DNA of 64,000 nucleotides from a virus: IMG/VR virus record IMGVR_UViG_3300035703_000042, positions 31,021 through 95,020 of that record; one strand, 5' to 3'. The position numbers and the translations under genes were made by a program. Position 1 is the first letter of the stretch. Each line of letters starts with the position of its first letter. Below are positions 8,750 to 18,446 of the stretch, in pieces. Under the pieces are notes generated by a model. The model was given only the letters and a program-made list of their open reading frames with translations. It ran no database searches and was not told where the DNA came from.

Positions 8750-9877
8750 ATGAGCGTACTGAACCTAAGAAAAAATCGAGATCATACCCAGAGTCTCGCC
8801 TTCCTTGATCCTGCTGGCGGAGTAGGCATGCAGAGATACGATACTCTCAAGTATCGCCAATTCGACAAACTCACTGACAAGCAGTTGGGTTTCTTCTGGC
8901 GGCCGGAGGAAGTGGATGTGTTGAGAGATGCCAAGGATTTCCGCGATCTCACTGCCCACGAGCAACACATCTTCAGTTCCAATCTCAAACGCCAGATACT
9001 CCTGGATTCGGTGCAAGGTCGTGCGCCCAGCCTGGCGTTCGCACCCTTGGCCAGCCTGCCTGAACTAGAGACATGGATCGCGACCTGGACCTTTTCCGAG
9101 ACCATCCATAGTCGCAGTTATACTCACATCATACGCAATGTGTATTCAGATCCTGCACAGGTATTTGATGAGATGCTGGACATCGAAGAGATCATACTCT
9201 GTGCCAATGACATCACCCGCTACTACGATGAACTGGTAGACTACAGCGTGCAATATCAACTCCTGGGCGAAGGTACGCATTCAGTGAACGGTAAAACAAT
9301 CACTGTCAGCGAGCGAGAACTCAAGCGACGCTTGTGGTTGGCTTTAGCATCAGTGAACGTGCTGGAAGGAATCCGATTCTATGTGAGCTTTGCTTGCTCC
9401 TGGGCATTCGCTGAACTCAAGAAGATGGAAGGCAATGCCAAGATCATCAAATTCATAGCCAGAGACGAAAATGTACACCTGGCATTTACACAACAGATGT
9501 TGAAACTGTTGCCCCAAGACGATCCCGACTTTGCTGAAATACGGGGAGAAACACAGGCCGAAGTGGTGGCCATGTTTGATGCTGCTGTGGCACAAGAAAA
9601 AGCCTGGGCCGAATACTTGTTCCGTGACGGCAGCATGATTGGCCTCAATCGCCAGCTCTTGTGCGACTATGTGGAATGGATCGCACACAAACGCATGACT
9701 GCCATTGGCCTACCCACTGTCTACAAGGGCGGAAGCAATCCCCTGCCCTGGACAGCCAAATGGATCGCTGGTGCCGATGTACAAGTAGCACCACAGGAAA
9801 CTGAAATCTCTTCCTACGTGATCGGTGGCACACGCCAAGACGTCACAGAAAATACCCTGTCAGGATTGAGCCTATGA
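8750..9877 (+). CDS. nrdB: Ribonucleotide reductase class Ia beta subunit
   Basis: FFWRPEE, ETIHSRSY, EGIRFYVSF, DENVH, VAPQETE. Confidence 0.97.
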   Translation: MSVLNLRKNRDHTQSLAFLDPAGGVGMQRYDTLKYRQFDKLTDKQLGFFWRPEEVDVLRDAKDFRDLTAHEQHIFSSNLKRQILLDSVQGRAPSLAFAPLASLPELETWIATWTFSETIHSRSYTHIIRNVYSDPAQVFDEMLDIEEIILCANDITRYYDELVDYSVQYQLLGEGTHSVNGKTITVSERELKRRLWLALASVNVLEGIRFYVSFACSWAFAELKKMEGNAKIIKFIARDENVHLAFTQQMLKLLPQDDPDFAEIRGETQAEVVAMFDAAVAQEKAWAEYLFRDGSMIGLNRQLLCDYVEWIAHKRMTAIGLPTVYKGGSNPLPWTAKWIAGADVQVAPQETEISSYVIGGTRQDVTENTLSGLSL

Positions 9878-10152
9878 AACTCACAGTCTATAGCAAGACA
9901 CATTGTCCTTATTGTGTAAAAGCCAAACAGTATCTCTCCAACAGCGGCATCGACTACGACGAAATCAACATCGAACAAGATGACTCAGCTCGGGAATTTG
10001 TGGTCGCCCAAGGACATCGCACAGTACCACAGATCTACTATCAAGGTCGCTTGTTTGTCGAGGGCGGCTGTGATGGATTGACCAAGATGACTCGACAAGA
10101 AATCATATCCGAGCTTGAACTTCGCAACGAACTTTTGAATGGAACCCTATGA
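9874..10152 (+). CDS. Glutaredoxin
   Basis: CPYC active site, TVPQI, GG; follows nrdB. Confidence 0.92.
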   Translation: MKLTVYSKTHCPYCVKAKQYLSNSGIDYDEINIEQDDSAREFVVAQGHRTVPQIYYQGRLFVEGGCDGLTKMTRQEIISELELRNELLNGTL

Positions 10153-10448
10153 AATTGGAAAAAAACACAGTCTACACTTTTAAACTCAACACCGGTGAAG
10201 AACTGGTAGCGAGATATGTGTCAGACGAAGGAGATCATTTCGTGATCGAGCATCCCATACTCACAGTGATCTCTCCGCAAGGACTGCAGATGATGCCAGG
10301 CCTGTTTTCGGCCAATCTGGACCAGACTTTGCAACTAAATAAATCTAGTTGGGCCATGATCGCAGAAACCCGGGAAGATGTACGCAACAGTTGGATCCAA
10401 GCCACTACCGGGATCGTTCCAGTCAAGAAACAAATCATCACTGGGTGA
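10149..10448 (+). CDS. Sm-like phage protein
   Basis: FKLNTGEELVA motif; C-terminal TTGIV. Confidence 0.5.
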   Translation: MKLEKNTVYTFKLNTGEELVARYVSDEGDHFVIEHPILTVISPQGLQMMPGLFSANLDQTLQLNKSSWAMIAETREDVRNSWIQATTGIVPVKKQIITG

Positions 10449-10467
10449 GTGGTCTGAAAGGACACTG

Positions 10468-10761
10468 ATGCCAGCCAGCGCAAGAAAAACCGATGCCGGA
10501 GTCACGCACTGCAGTAGCTATACCATCGCTACCGGCAGCGACGATGTATTCATCAACAATCTCGCAGCGGCACGTGTGGGCGACTCCAGCACCAGTCATT
10601 TACGTCCGGCTGGGCCCATATGTGTTTCACATGTGAGCCAGATCGCTGCCGGCAGCCCCGATGTGTTCGTGAATGGTCGTGCCATGGCACGTGTGGGCGA
10701 TCCACTCACGGCCTGCACCACCATCGCCCAAGGCAGCCCCAATGTAAAGGCCAACGGATAA
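10468..10761 (+). CDS. PAAR-repeat baseplate spike protein (gp5.4-like)
   Basis: AARVGD and MARVGD repeats, GSxDVFxNG. Confidence 0.88.
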   Translation: MPASARKTDAGVTHCSSYTIATGSDDVFINNLAAARVGDSSTSHLRPAGPICVSHVSQIAAGSPDVFVNGRAMARVGDPLTACTTIAQGSPNVKANG

Positions 10762-10762
10762 C

Positions 10763-13141
10763 ATGGCCACTGGAGCTCTCAGTTCTAACATGGTCAATGC
10801 TGGGAGTGGAATCACTCCCAATGTGGACAATTCTGCACCACCTTATTACAGCCTGGGCGTGAGTCCTGATCTCATCACTGCCATGGGCGATTACAACGCC
10901 CTGCCTCAGATCGCCAAGTACAAGCAGATCTATGATGCCTTGTTTGATGAAGCTGGCTATTCTGTGCTGAGGACAAGATGGGACGAATTACAGTTGGGCA
11001 GCTGGCCTGCACTCACTGATGGTGCTCCTTACCCCGGTATAGCAGATTTCTCGGGGGGTCCAGCACCGATCAACACCTGGAATCTCACAGCATATAGCTC
11101 GGGAGGAGCCGATGATCCCACAGCAGCTGGACCCCCCAATTGGCGTGTGCCTTACTCTCCCAGGGACTACTATGCCATTGAGCCCGATGCTAGATACCAG
11201 ACGCGTTTTGTGCTCACCAACGCTAGATTGATCATGGGCTATGCCAATCCCAGGGGCACCGACGAAGACAGAGATCTCACCAGGTTCGCCCAAGTCAATG
11301 GCATCTGCTCGGCCTGGCGCACACAGGCCAATGAGATGATCAATTCTTCAGTGAACAGCGAGATATTGGCCACGGCTTTTCCTGGCATGCAGAGTCTCAG
11401 CACTGGCGGAGTCAGCCAAGTCAGTGCTTCGTTTGGTGCGTTTGGTCGGGACCTGTTGGCTCTGGGCCAGATGATCAACCTCGCACAGTTGGACTATCTA
11501 GGATACCCTAGCACTTTGCTACGCCAGATACTGGCAGTGGGAGGCATACTCCCTGGCATCTACGACACCGTATTGGGACTAGGCATATCTGAAACAGTGA
11601 TCACAGACGCACAACGGGCCAGCGCACCTCTGCCGCCCACCGTGGAAGCCGATCTCTATCGTGCTTTTGGATTTGTGATCGGCGAAGATCTCGACGAGGT
11701 CCTGGAGCTCTTGGACATAACCACCTCGGGCATCACATCCATGGCACAGCTCTTGGATCCTGTGAAAATTTTTCCCGAAAGTTATGGCACCTTGCAGGTA
11801 CAGATACCCCAGGACGGTGCTGGGTTCACGTCAGTGCCCATCTACCAAGGCACTGCCATCAACTCTTCGATCGCCCAGCTCTTCGAGCAAAACGAAACCT
11901 ACCTCACTCTGGCCACTGTGATCCCTGCCGACCAGGCCCTGGCCAACTCGGCCTTGATACGCAGCCTGTATCAAGTAAAAAACATCAAGAACATAGAGTT
12001 CCAAGATTTCGCCGAGAGCACCTCTACGCTGGAAAATAACACCGGCCTTGGCCAAGTCAATGCTCTCGCAGCACCGGTGCCTCCTGCAGTACAGAGCACC
12101 ATCAACAGCAGCCTGGCCACAGGAACAGGACCTGACGGAACTATCACTCTCTTTGACATGATTGGCACCGCAGCTGGTCATATACACACGGAAAAGTTTA
12201 ACCAGACCATGGAGGAGTTCAAACTCATTGACTTTACTGAGTTGATACGACTCTATGATCTTTGCATCAATGTGATCCTGGGCGTGTATGATGTCAACTA
12301 CTACTCGATCAATCCTCCTTCCCTTACTTCGGGCGGATCAGGATACACATCAGCATCGGCCACCATAGATGCTCCCACCGGGGACTACTGCCGGATCATC
12401 CCGGCTTTTATGCTGACCATAGACATTGATCCCCTGGAAGGTACTGGCCCGGTGAGTTCGATCACAGCCACCAACTTTGGCAGTGGTTATCGTGACAGTG
12501 ACACAGTGAACATCACTATCACCGGGGACGGTGGCGGAGCCACAGCTACCACCACTATCGGACCACCTTCGTTTGCGTTCGTGAAGTTGCCCGATGGTCG
12601 TGAATTCCAGAGCTGCGGCAATGCCATAGCTGGTCGTCTTGAAGCGCTCAAGGCCTTGATCTACTCGGGGGCGAACGGAGATAACAATGTTCCTGGTCCG
12701 TGGAACACTGTGGAAGCCGAAGCCAAACTGTTGATCAACAACCACCCTGAGCAAGTAGAACAATGCAACGACTATTGGGCCCAGATGGCCAGCCAACTCA
12801 ACACCGAAGCCAAGAACAGATACCCAGCCGAGCTGATATTTGATTTCGCAGACCCACCGTCGGACGCCAAATTCCAAGACCTCAAGGACAACAGCCGCCC
12901 GTCGGCCCTGGCTCTAATCTCTTCCCTGCAGAGTCTGGGCACTAATGCCGAAGAAGGCGGATCAGCTGCCATGTTCGAAAAGATCGCCCAGACCAACAAC
13001 CTCGGCGGTCAGAGCGTGATAGCCAGCCTCAGGGAAGGGCGCAACAATGAATCCTTGCTCAATGCTGGTGTGGGGTCGGACACTCAACTGGAAACTTCGA
13101 ATCCCCGGGCACTACCGGCCACTCTTTCGCCAGCCCAATAA
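10763..13141 (+). CDS. Large putative virion structural protein
   Basis: 792 aa directly after the PAAR gene; GSGYT/GSGY..GGGATA beta repeats. Confidence 0.6.
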   Translation: MATGALSSNMVNAGSGITPNVDNSAPPYYSLGVSPDLITAMGDYNALPQIAKYKQIYDALFDEAGYSVLRTRWDELQLGSWPALTDGAPYPGIADFSGGPAPINTWNLTAYSSGGADDPTAAGPPNWRVPYSPRDYYAIEPDARYQTRFVLTNARLIMGYANPRGTDEDRDLTRFAQVNGICSAWRTQANEMINSSVNSEILATAFPGMQSLSTGGVSQVSASFGAFGRDLLALGQMINLAQLDYLGYPSTLLRQILAVGGILPGIYDTVLGLGISETVITDAQRASAPLPPTVEADLYRAFGFVIGEDLDEVLELLDITTSGITSMAQLLDPVKIFPESYGTLQVQIPQDGAGFTSVPIYQGTAINSSIAQLFEQNETYLTLATVIPADQALANSALIRSLYQVKNIKNIEFQDFAESTSTLENNTGLGQVNALAAPVPPAVQSTINSSLATGTGPDGTITLFDMIGTAAGHIHTEKFNQTMEEFKLIDFTELIRLYDLCINVILGVYDVNYYSINPPSLTSGGSGYTSASATIDAPTGDYCRIIPAFMLTIDIDPLEGTGPVSSITATNFGSGYRDSDTVNITITGDGGGATATTTIGPPSFAFVKLPDGREFQSCGNAIAGRLEALKALIYSGANGDNNVPGPWNTVEAEAKLLINNHPEQVEQCNDYWAQMASQLNTEAKNRYPAELIFDFADPPSDAKFQDLKDNSRPSALALISSLQSLGTNAEEGGSAAMFEKIAQTNNLGGQSVIASLREGRNNESLLNAGVGSDTQLETSNPRALPATLSPAQ

Positions 13142-13143
13142 GC

Positions 13144-13175
13144 GGTTGACCGATAAATCCCAGACCTGGTATACT
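13144..13175 (+). promoter_or_regulatory. Sigma70-like early promoter driving a non-coding region
   Basis: GGTTGACC 13144-13151, 18-nt spacer, TATACT 13170-13175. Confidence 0.7.
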
Positions 13176-13181
13176 TGTGGC

Positions 13182-13376
13182 AACACTGCGATATCAGGAT
13201 TCATTTAACAGCGTGAGTGATGTTGAGGGTCAAGACCAATGGTCCCGAGCAGCCTGATATCTGAGATTTTGACCTGCTCGCCCACCTTCATGGTGCCACT
13301 GGATGCGCCAACGAATCACTTGGTCCAGAGTTGGTAAGTGCTTGCTAACCAATGTTAGTGAGCACTTACCAGCTGG
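13182..13376 (+). ncRNA. Candidate structured non-coding RNA (family not recognised)
   Basis: Own promoter, no ORF of 60 aa or more, several complementary segments, terminal ~21-bp hairpin. Confidence 0.55.
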
Positions 13377-13386
13377 TTTTTGCCCA

Positions 13387-13449
13387 GGTTGACCGGAAAT
13401 GAGTCTTTTCGTATAATATACTCATACAGTAAACAACAAGGAGCAGACG
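13387..13449 (+). promoter_or_regulatory. Early promoter plus leader cassette
   Basis: TTGACC 13389, TATAAT 13412, ATACAGTAAACAACAAGGAG leader; near-identical copy at 40837-40899. Confidence 0.85.
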
Positions 13450-13848
13450 ATGTCTACAGCAATCTACGAAGAACTCAGCCAGCAAGAACTGCGCGAACTC
13501 CGTATGCTCGGCGCCACCCGTGAGCAAGTGGAAGAAGCCGTCTCCAGCTATCTGCGTGAAGGCGACTCGGCGGTGAAGATCATCACTCGCATGATGATGT
13601 CGGCCTGGCGCGAACTGAACTGGGGCGAAGTGGAAGATGCTCGCCAGACCCTGAACCGTGTGAAGATCACCATCCAGCGATTCTATCGCGGCGATGAACG
13701 TGACTTCTTTTTTGACCCTGCTGGCCAGGCCTACTCGATCCTTTCGGATGCCCAGCATCTCATGGAGTACGATGACATGGTTCGTGCCAAGATGTGCATC
13801 GACGAAGCAGTGCAATTCATTGAAAAAGGAGACAACATCCGTGTCTGA
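13450..13848 (+). CDS. Hypothetical early protein
   Basis: Follows promoter and AAGGAG SD. Confidence 0.7.
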   Translation: MSTAIYEELSQQELRELRMLGATREQVEEAVSSYLREGDSAVKIITRMMMSAWRELNWGEVEDARQTLNRVKITIQRFYRGDERDFFFDPAGQAYSILSDAQHLMEYDDMVRAKMCIDEAVQFIEKGDNIRV

Positions 13849-14053
13849 TATCTACACCACTGACATCGTCACCACCGTTCGCTTTAAGGTGCGCCACATT
13901 GGTCAGCTCAGCGATGAGGAGATCCAGCAGATGATCCCTGAAGTCCTGTGCTTTGAATATATGCTGGGCTCAGACGACTGCCCCACGGTCCAATCCTACT
14001 CTGTGATATCAGACGAAATCAAACATGCCAACACTCCCGAGGAGACTGTATGA
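13841..14053 (+). CDS. Hypothetical protein
   Basis: GTG start after AGGAGA. Confidence 0.55.
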   Translation: MSDIYTTDIVTTVRFKVRHIGQLSDEEIQQMIPEVLCFEYMLGSDDCPTVQSYSVISDEIKHANTPEETV

Positions 14054-14208
14054 AGACCTTAAACGATGTGATTGAACAACTGATTTATCTTTCAGAAATT
14101 CGCGGCGAACTGGACCTTGAAGGCAATGCCCGCACCGAACAGCGGATCGCCGAACTCAACGCCGAGTACCTGCGCCTACAGTCCTTGGAACAGCCGGTTG
14201 ACCAATAA
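14050..14208 (+). CDS. Small hypothetical protein (MKTLNDVIEQL...PVDQ)
   Basis: GGAG SD; ends inside the next promoter. Confidence 0.55.
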   Translation: MKTLNDVIEQLIYLSEIRGELDLEGNARTEQRIAELNAEYLRLQSLEQPVDQ

Positions 14209-14256
14209 TGGTGATTTCGGCTATAATATAGCATAGTTAGAAATTAGGAGCCAGAC

Positions 14257-14691
14257 ATGAACACCGCAGTCACACTTACCGCAGAAGAGTTCACCCGAAT
14301 CCATAACGCTCTTTGCTTCGCCCCTAACCGAGGACTCGAAGCCACCGTGGATGCCATCCGTGAGGCTCTGGCAGGTGCTTATCAGCAGGAAGAGGCTGAC
14401 TTTGATCGCAAGATAGCATACTACAGTCGATTCCGGGACGACAACGACCTTGAGGCGGTCTGGTCCATCTACGAACTGCCTGAGTATGGATTTCTGAACG
14501 ATCATCCCTGGCCGGGTGCCACTGTCATGACCTACCAAGGTCACACCGTCCAAATCGCAGGACCCACCTGGGGCGATTTGTATCGCGCCGCCGATGTCTG
14601 CATCCGCGAGTCGGGAGACTTCCACCACTGCTTCATCGAGGCGTTTGATCTCCGCAACGGCAACGAACTGAGAATGACCACCGGATCATGA
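14257..14691 (+). CDS. Hypothetical early protein
   Basis: Promoter TTGACC 14198/TATAAT 14222 and AGGAG SD. Confidence 0.7.
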   Translation: MNTAVTLTAEEFTRIHNALCFAPNRGLEATVDAIREALAGAYQQEEADFDRKIAYYSRFRDDNDLEAVWSIYELPEYGFLNDHPWPGATVMTYQGHTVQIAGPTWGDLYRAADVCIRESGDFHHCFIEAFDLRNGNELRMTTGS

Positions 14692-14781
14692 TTCGAGCTC
14701 TGCTATTCATTGTGATAGGTATATTCTTGGCTCTGCTATGGCAAGATCCAGCCGATGCATTTTTCCAATTGGAGAATCTAT

Positions 14782-16173
14782 ATGACAATGTCAAGACCTT
14801 GGTCATCAACGGAGTTCAACGGCTTAAAAGTGGCGGCTGATTGGATACGCGATCTCGAGAGTTCCGACAGCAGACTACACAAGGAAGCGGTAGTCGAGAA
14901 GGCTCTCATGGCTGCTCGACTGGGGTCTTCCTCGGCCCAGTGTTTTCTCTACAATGCTTACCTGGCCTATAATCCCTTCTATGTTTACGGTGTCAAGTCG
15001 GTGCCGGAAAGTTCAGGCCTGGAAGATCGAGCCAACCCTTGGGTCAAGTTTTGGGCCCTGTGCGAAAGCCTGCGCACACGATCAGTGACAGGCGGCAATG
15101 CCCGTGCAGCCATCGAAGCCATGATGCAGGAGTTTGACTCTGCTCAGTGGAACGGGCTGGCTCGGCGTGTGTTGATCAAGGATTTCCGTTGCGGCATCAC
15201 AGACCGAACATTGAACAAGGTGCTGAAGAACACTGACTGGGCCATCCCCACCTTTGAGTGCCAGTTGGCACAAGACAGCGAGGGGCAGCCCAACAAGATG
15301 CGGGGTCGCAAGCGTCTGGAAGTCAAACTGGATGGTGTACGGGTTCTGGCTGTGTGCTATGCCAGCCTCGGTACAGTGAACCTGTTCAGCCGTAATGGCA
15401 AAGCCTTCGCCAACTTTGGACACATCGAACAGGCCTTGATCCCGCATATCCGTCAGCTCAGTGTCAAGATGTTTGGATCTGTCACAGATTTTGTCCTCGA
15501 CGGCGAGATCACAGGTCGCAGTTTCCAAGAACTCATGCGCCAGGCACAACGCAAGCGGGATGCCGATGCCGCAGATGCAGTATACCATGTGTTTGATGTC
15601 TTGCCCCGAGAGGACTTCTATCGTGGCCATTGGAATGCTCAACAACACAAACGACTGACCATGTTGGAGAAAGTGCGAGAATTACTGGTCGAACAATGTC
15701 CCTCAGTGCAAGTCATGCCAGGCATGGAAGTGGACCTTGACACAGCCGAAGGACATGACGTCATGCGCAGATTTGCCGAAGCTTCGGTTGAGCAAGGCTA
15801 CGAAGGCATCATGATCAAGGATGTTGACGCTCCCTACCAGTGCAAGAGGTCTAGTTTTTGGATGAAATGGAAACCAGTAATCACTGTGGATCTGGAGGTC
15901 TTGGATGTGGAAGCAGGAACCGGAAAGAACCGGGGTCGTTTGGGCGCTCTCGTATGCGGTGGGCAAGATGGCGGGCGTGATATTCGGGTCAATGTTGGTA
16001 GTGGCTTTACAGATGATCAGAGATCCGCTATATGGCTGGATCGGGATAGTGTTGTTGGCAGTGTTGTGGAAGTCATGGCTGATGCAGTGACGCAGAATCA
16101 GGATGGTACCTACAGTCTCAGATTCCCAAGATTCGTGAGATTCCGCGGATTCGACAAAGGAGAAAAACTGTGA
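14782..16173 (+). CDS. ATP-dependent DNA ligase
   Basis: EVKLDGVR adenylation motif, LDGE, FD, EGIMIK, KWK, SLRFPRF. Confidence 0.93.
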   Translation: MTMSRPWSSTEFNGLKVAADWIRDLESSDSRLHKEAVVEKALMAARLGSSSAQCFLYNAYLAYNPFYVYGVKSVPESSGLEDRANPWVKFWALCESLRTRSVTGGNARAAIEAMMQEFDSAQWNGLARRVLIKDFRCGITDRTLNKVLKNTDWAIPTFECQLAQDSEGQPNKMRGRKRLEVKLDGVRVLAVCYASLGTVNLFSRNGKAFANFGHIEQALIPHIRQLSVKMFGSVTDFVLDGEITGRSFQELMRQAQRKRDADAADAVYHVFDVLPREDFYRGHWNAQQHKRLTMLEKVRELLVEQCPSVQVMPGMEVDLDTAEGHDVMRRFAEASVEQGYEGIMIKDVDAPYQCKRSSFWMKWKPVITVDLEVLDVEAGTGKNRGRLGALVCGGQDGGRDIRVNVGSGFTDDQRSAIWLDRDSVVGSVVEVMADAVTQNQDGTYSLRFPRFVRFRGFDKGEKL

Positions 16174-16268
16174 AACATATACCGAGAAGTGAGTGGTTGT
16201 CGTATTTGATCTGGCGCATCCGGCGCCTGTTCCAGAACAAGCGTTTCGTTTAACAACAAGGAGGCAAC

Positions 16269-16403
16269 ATGGGTTGGCATCTGGGATTTTACATTCTCGC
16301 AGTACTCTGTAGTGTGGTCAGTCTTGTGTCTGGCGACCTCAATGTTTTGGCCATTGGCCTGTTGATGAGTATCATGGGCATATTGTCAGAAAAACTGAAA
16401 TAA
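16269..16403 (+). CDS. Small membrane protein, 44 aa
   Basis: AAGGAGG SD; hydrophobic. Confidence 0.55.
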   Translation: MGWHLGFYILAVLCSVVSLVSGDLNVLAIGLLMSIMGILSEKLK

Positions 16404-16421
16404 ATCTTGACCCATGTGCTC

Positions 16422-16448
16422 AAAAGCTGTCGCGATGCGACAGCTTTT
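16422..16448. terminator. Perfect 12-bp inverted repeat, probable bidirectional intrinsic terminator
   Basis: AAAAGCTGTCGC-GAT-GCGACAGCTTTT. Confidence 0.7.
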
Positions 16449-16464
16449 CGTCTATAATTAAACG

Positions 16465-16670
16465 TGCAGTGAATGGGCACAATTGGAGCACTGTTTCTCT
16501 GGGCTCGGGTACATATTCGAGGCCCATGGCCAAGGCGAGAAACGTCAGACTCCGAGGTTGTGGCACCGCCTGGTATCGCCGGTCACTGGGGCGATGCTAA
16601 AACTGTGATCATGTACCAGAGATTGGTACCTCTGACTCAGGAGTAGGCCATGAGGATGACACGGTGAAAA
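16465..16670 (+). ncRNA. Candidate structured non-coding RNA (family not recognised)
   Basis: TATAAT at 16453; at least seven complementary segment pairs in ~200 nt; no credible ORF. Confidence 0.55.
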
Positions 16671-16710
16671 GCATGTGACACATGCATCAACTCAGAGACC
16701 GCTAGAGACT

Positions 16711-17016
16711 ATGTCAAAGATGTATGATCCACTTAGAACAACGACCCAGGAACTGCACCGATTTTGGTTCACGATCGCTACGTTGGAACAATGGTATGCC
16801 ATCATGCGCGAGTGCCGATCTGCGTTTGGTGATCAATGGCGCACGCAGAGCAAGGTACGGCGACGCCTGGAAGAAAAACACAGATACTCACAAGTGCCTA
16901 GATCTGTGATAGAAGTCTGGTTTGACTTGCCCGATCCCAGGATCGCCACATGGATCAGCATCAAGCTCGGCGTAAGAGTACAGGACCACGAGTCCCAAAA
17001 GTCCATAAATAACTGA
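16711..17016 (+). CDS. Hypothetical protein
   Basis: ORF fills the gap; start uncertain. Confidence 0.55.
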   Translation: MSKMYDPLRTTTQELHRFWFTIATLEQWYAIMRECRSAFGDQWRTQSKVRRRLEEKHRYSQVPRSVIEVWFDLPDPRIATWISIKLGVRVQDHESQKSINN

Positions 17017-17018
17017 TC

Positions 17019-18446
17019 ATGTATCTAACTTACATCATGTTGCTGGTGGCTCTTTGCCTGTCAGCAGTGGCCGCATTTTACAGCATAGTGGGACTCACAG
17101 CCATTTTTGCCGCTGCTGCTGTGCCCATCGTCATCATGGGATCCATCTTGGAAGTGGCCAAGCTGGTGGTCACGGTTTGGTTGCACGAATACTGGCGCGA
17201 TATCAAATTCTCAATGAAGGCATATTTGGTACCAGCAGTGGCCATACTCATGCTGATCACCAGCATGGGAATCTTTGGGTTCTTGAGCAAGGCGCACTTG
17301 GATCAAACCGTGCCCACTGGCGACGTGGCCGCTCAAGTGGCCATCATTGATGAAAAGATCAACAACGAGCGCGATACCATAGCCAATGCCCGGGCATTGC
17401 TGACACAGTTGGATCAAGCCGTGAACAACATTGGTGCCGCACCTGATCGTGAAGTGAATGGCCGCGTGGTATCATCGGCCGAACGTGCCTTGCAGGTGCG
17501 TCGCCAGCAGGCTCGTGATCGTGCAAATCTCACTGAAACCATCGAAGCTGCACAGGCCCGTATCATAAAATTGCAGGAAGAAAAGGCTCCTTTTGCCAAG
17601 GAGCTGAGAAAAGTCGAGGCCGAAGTTGGTCCCATCAAATACATCGCTGCCTTGATCTACGGCGACGATGCCACCGACATCAATCTCTTGGAACGAGCCG
17701 TGAGATGGGTGATCATAATCTTGGTCTTGGTGTTTGATCCCTTGGCTGTGATGATGCTGTTGGCCGCCACCGAAAGTCGTCGCTGGGAACTGGAACGACG
17801 TCGTCGATTGGCCACAGAACACGTATTGCCTGACACTGCCGGAGAAACGAACGATGAATCAGATCATGCCCATGTTGATCACACGCCTGTGGTTGAACCA
17901 CCTCGAGGAGATGTTGACCCTGACCCTGCCGTGGCTGACGCCGTGGATACAGGACCAGGACCAGGACCCACTATGGTGGAACCGCAGCTTGAACCAGATC
18001 ATGACATTGACGAGGATGATGACGACGATGCCGACGACGAACCGATCAAGCAGTCCAAGCGTTTGTGGAAACTAGATAACCCAGACAAAACTATCAAGGA
18101 ACAGCGACGCCTTTATGAATTGGGGAAAATCGATCATCTCCCGTGGTTGGACTATCTAGAAAGAGACGAGATAACCAGTGAATTCGGCACAGAATTTCCA
18201 GTATCGGCCATCAAAGGCGATCTGTTTGTGATGATCAATCAGGTTCCTACTTCGCTTTACAAATACAATGGCATCAAGTGGATACAGATTGACAAAAACA
18301 TCACAGATCGCTATGCTTATAATTCAGCTTACATCGACTATTTGATTGCCAAGATTAGTACCGGCGAATACGACCCCGATTTGCTCAGCGACGGCGAACG
18401 GGCACAACTTGAATCTCGACTCAGACAAGACTTGATCAATGAATGA
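17019..18446 (+). CDS. Multi-pass membrane protein with coiled coil and acidic linker
   Basis: Three N-terminal TM segments, coiled coil, a further TM segment (VFDPLAV). Confidence 0.7.
   Translation: MYLTYIMLLVALCLSAVAAFYSIVGLTAIFAAAAVPIVIMGSILEVAKLVVTVWLHEYWRDIKFSMKAYLVPAVAILMLITSMGIFGFLSKAHLDQTVPTGDVAAQVAIIDEKINNERDTIANARALLTQLDQAVNNIGAAPDREVNGRVVSSAERALQVRRQQARDRANLTETIEAAQARIIKLQEEKAPFAKELRKVEAEVGPIKYIAALIYGDDATDINLLERAVRWVIIILVLVFDPLAVMMLLAATESRRWELERRRRLATEHVLPDTAGETNDESDHAHVDHTPVVEPPRGDVDPDPAVADAVDTGPGPGPTMVEPQLEPDHDIDEDDDDDADDEPIKQSKRLWKLDNPDKTIKEQRRLYELGKIDHLPWLDYLERDEITSEFGTEFPVSAIKGDLFVMINQVPTSLYKYNGIKWIQIDKNITDRYAYNSAYIDYLIAKISTGEYDPDLLSDGERAQLESRLRQDLINE

Noticed and set aside
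6439-9877. Introns or inteins in nrdA/nrdB
   Set aside because: Both ORFs are continuous and of normal class Ia length.
13182-16670. tRNA, tmRNA or group I intron identity for the two RNA candidates
   Set aside because: I found no cloverleaf with T-loop and CCA end, no tag reading frame and no recognisable group I core sequences. They are left unassigned.
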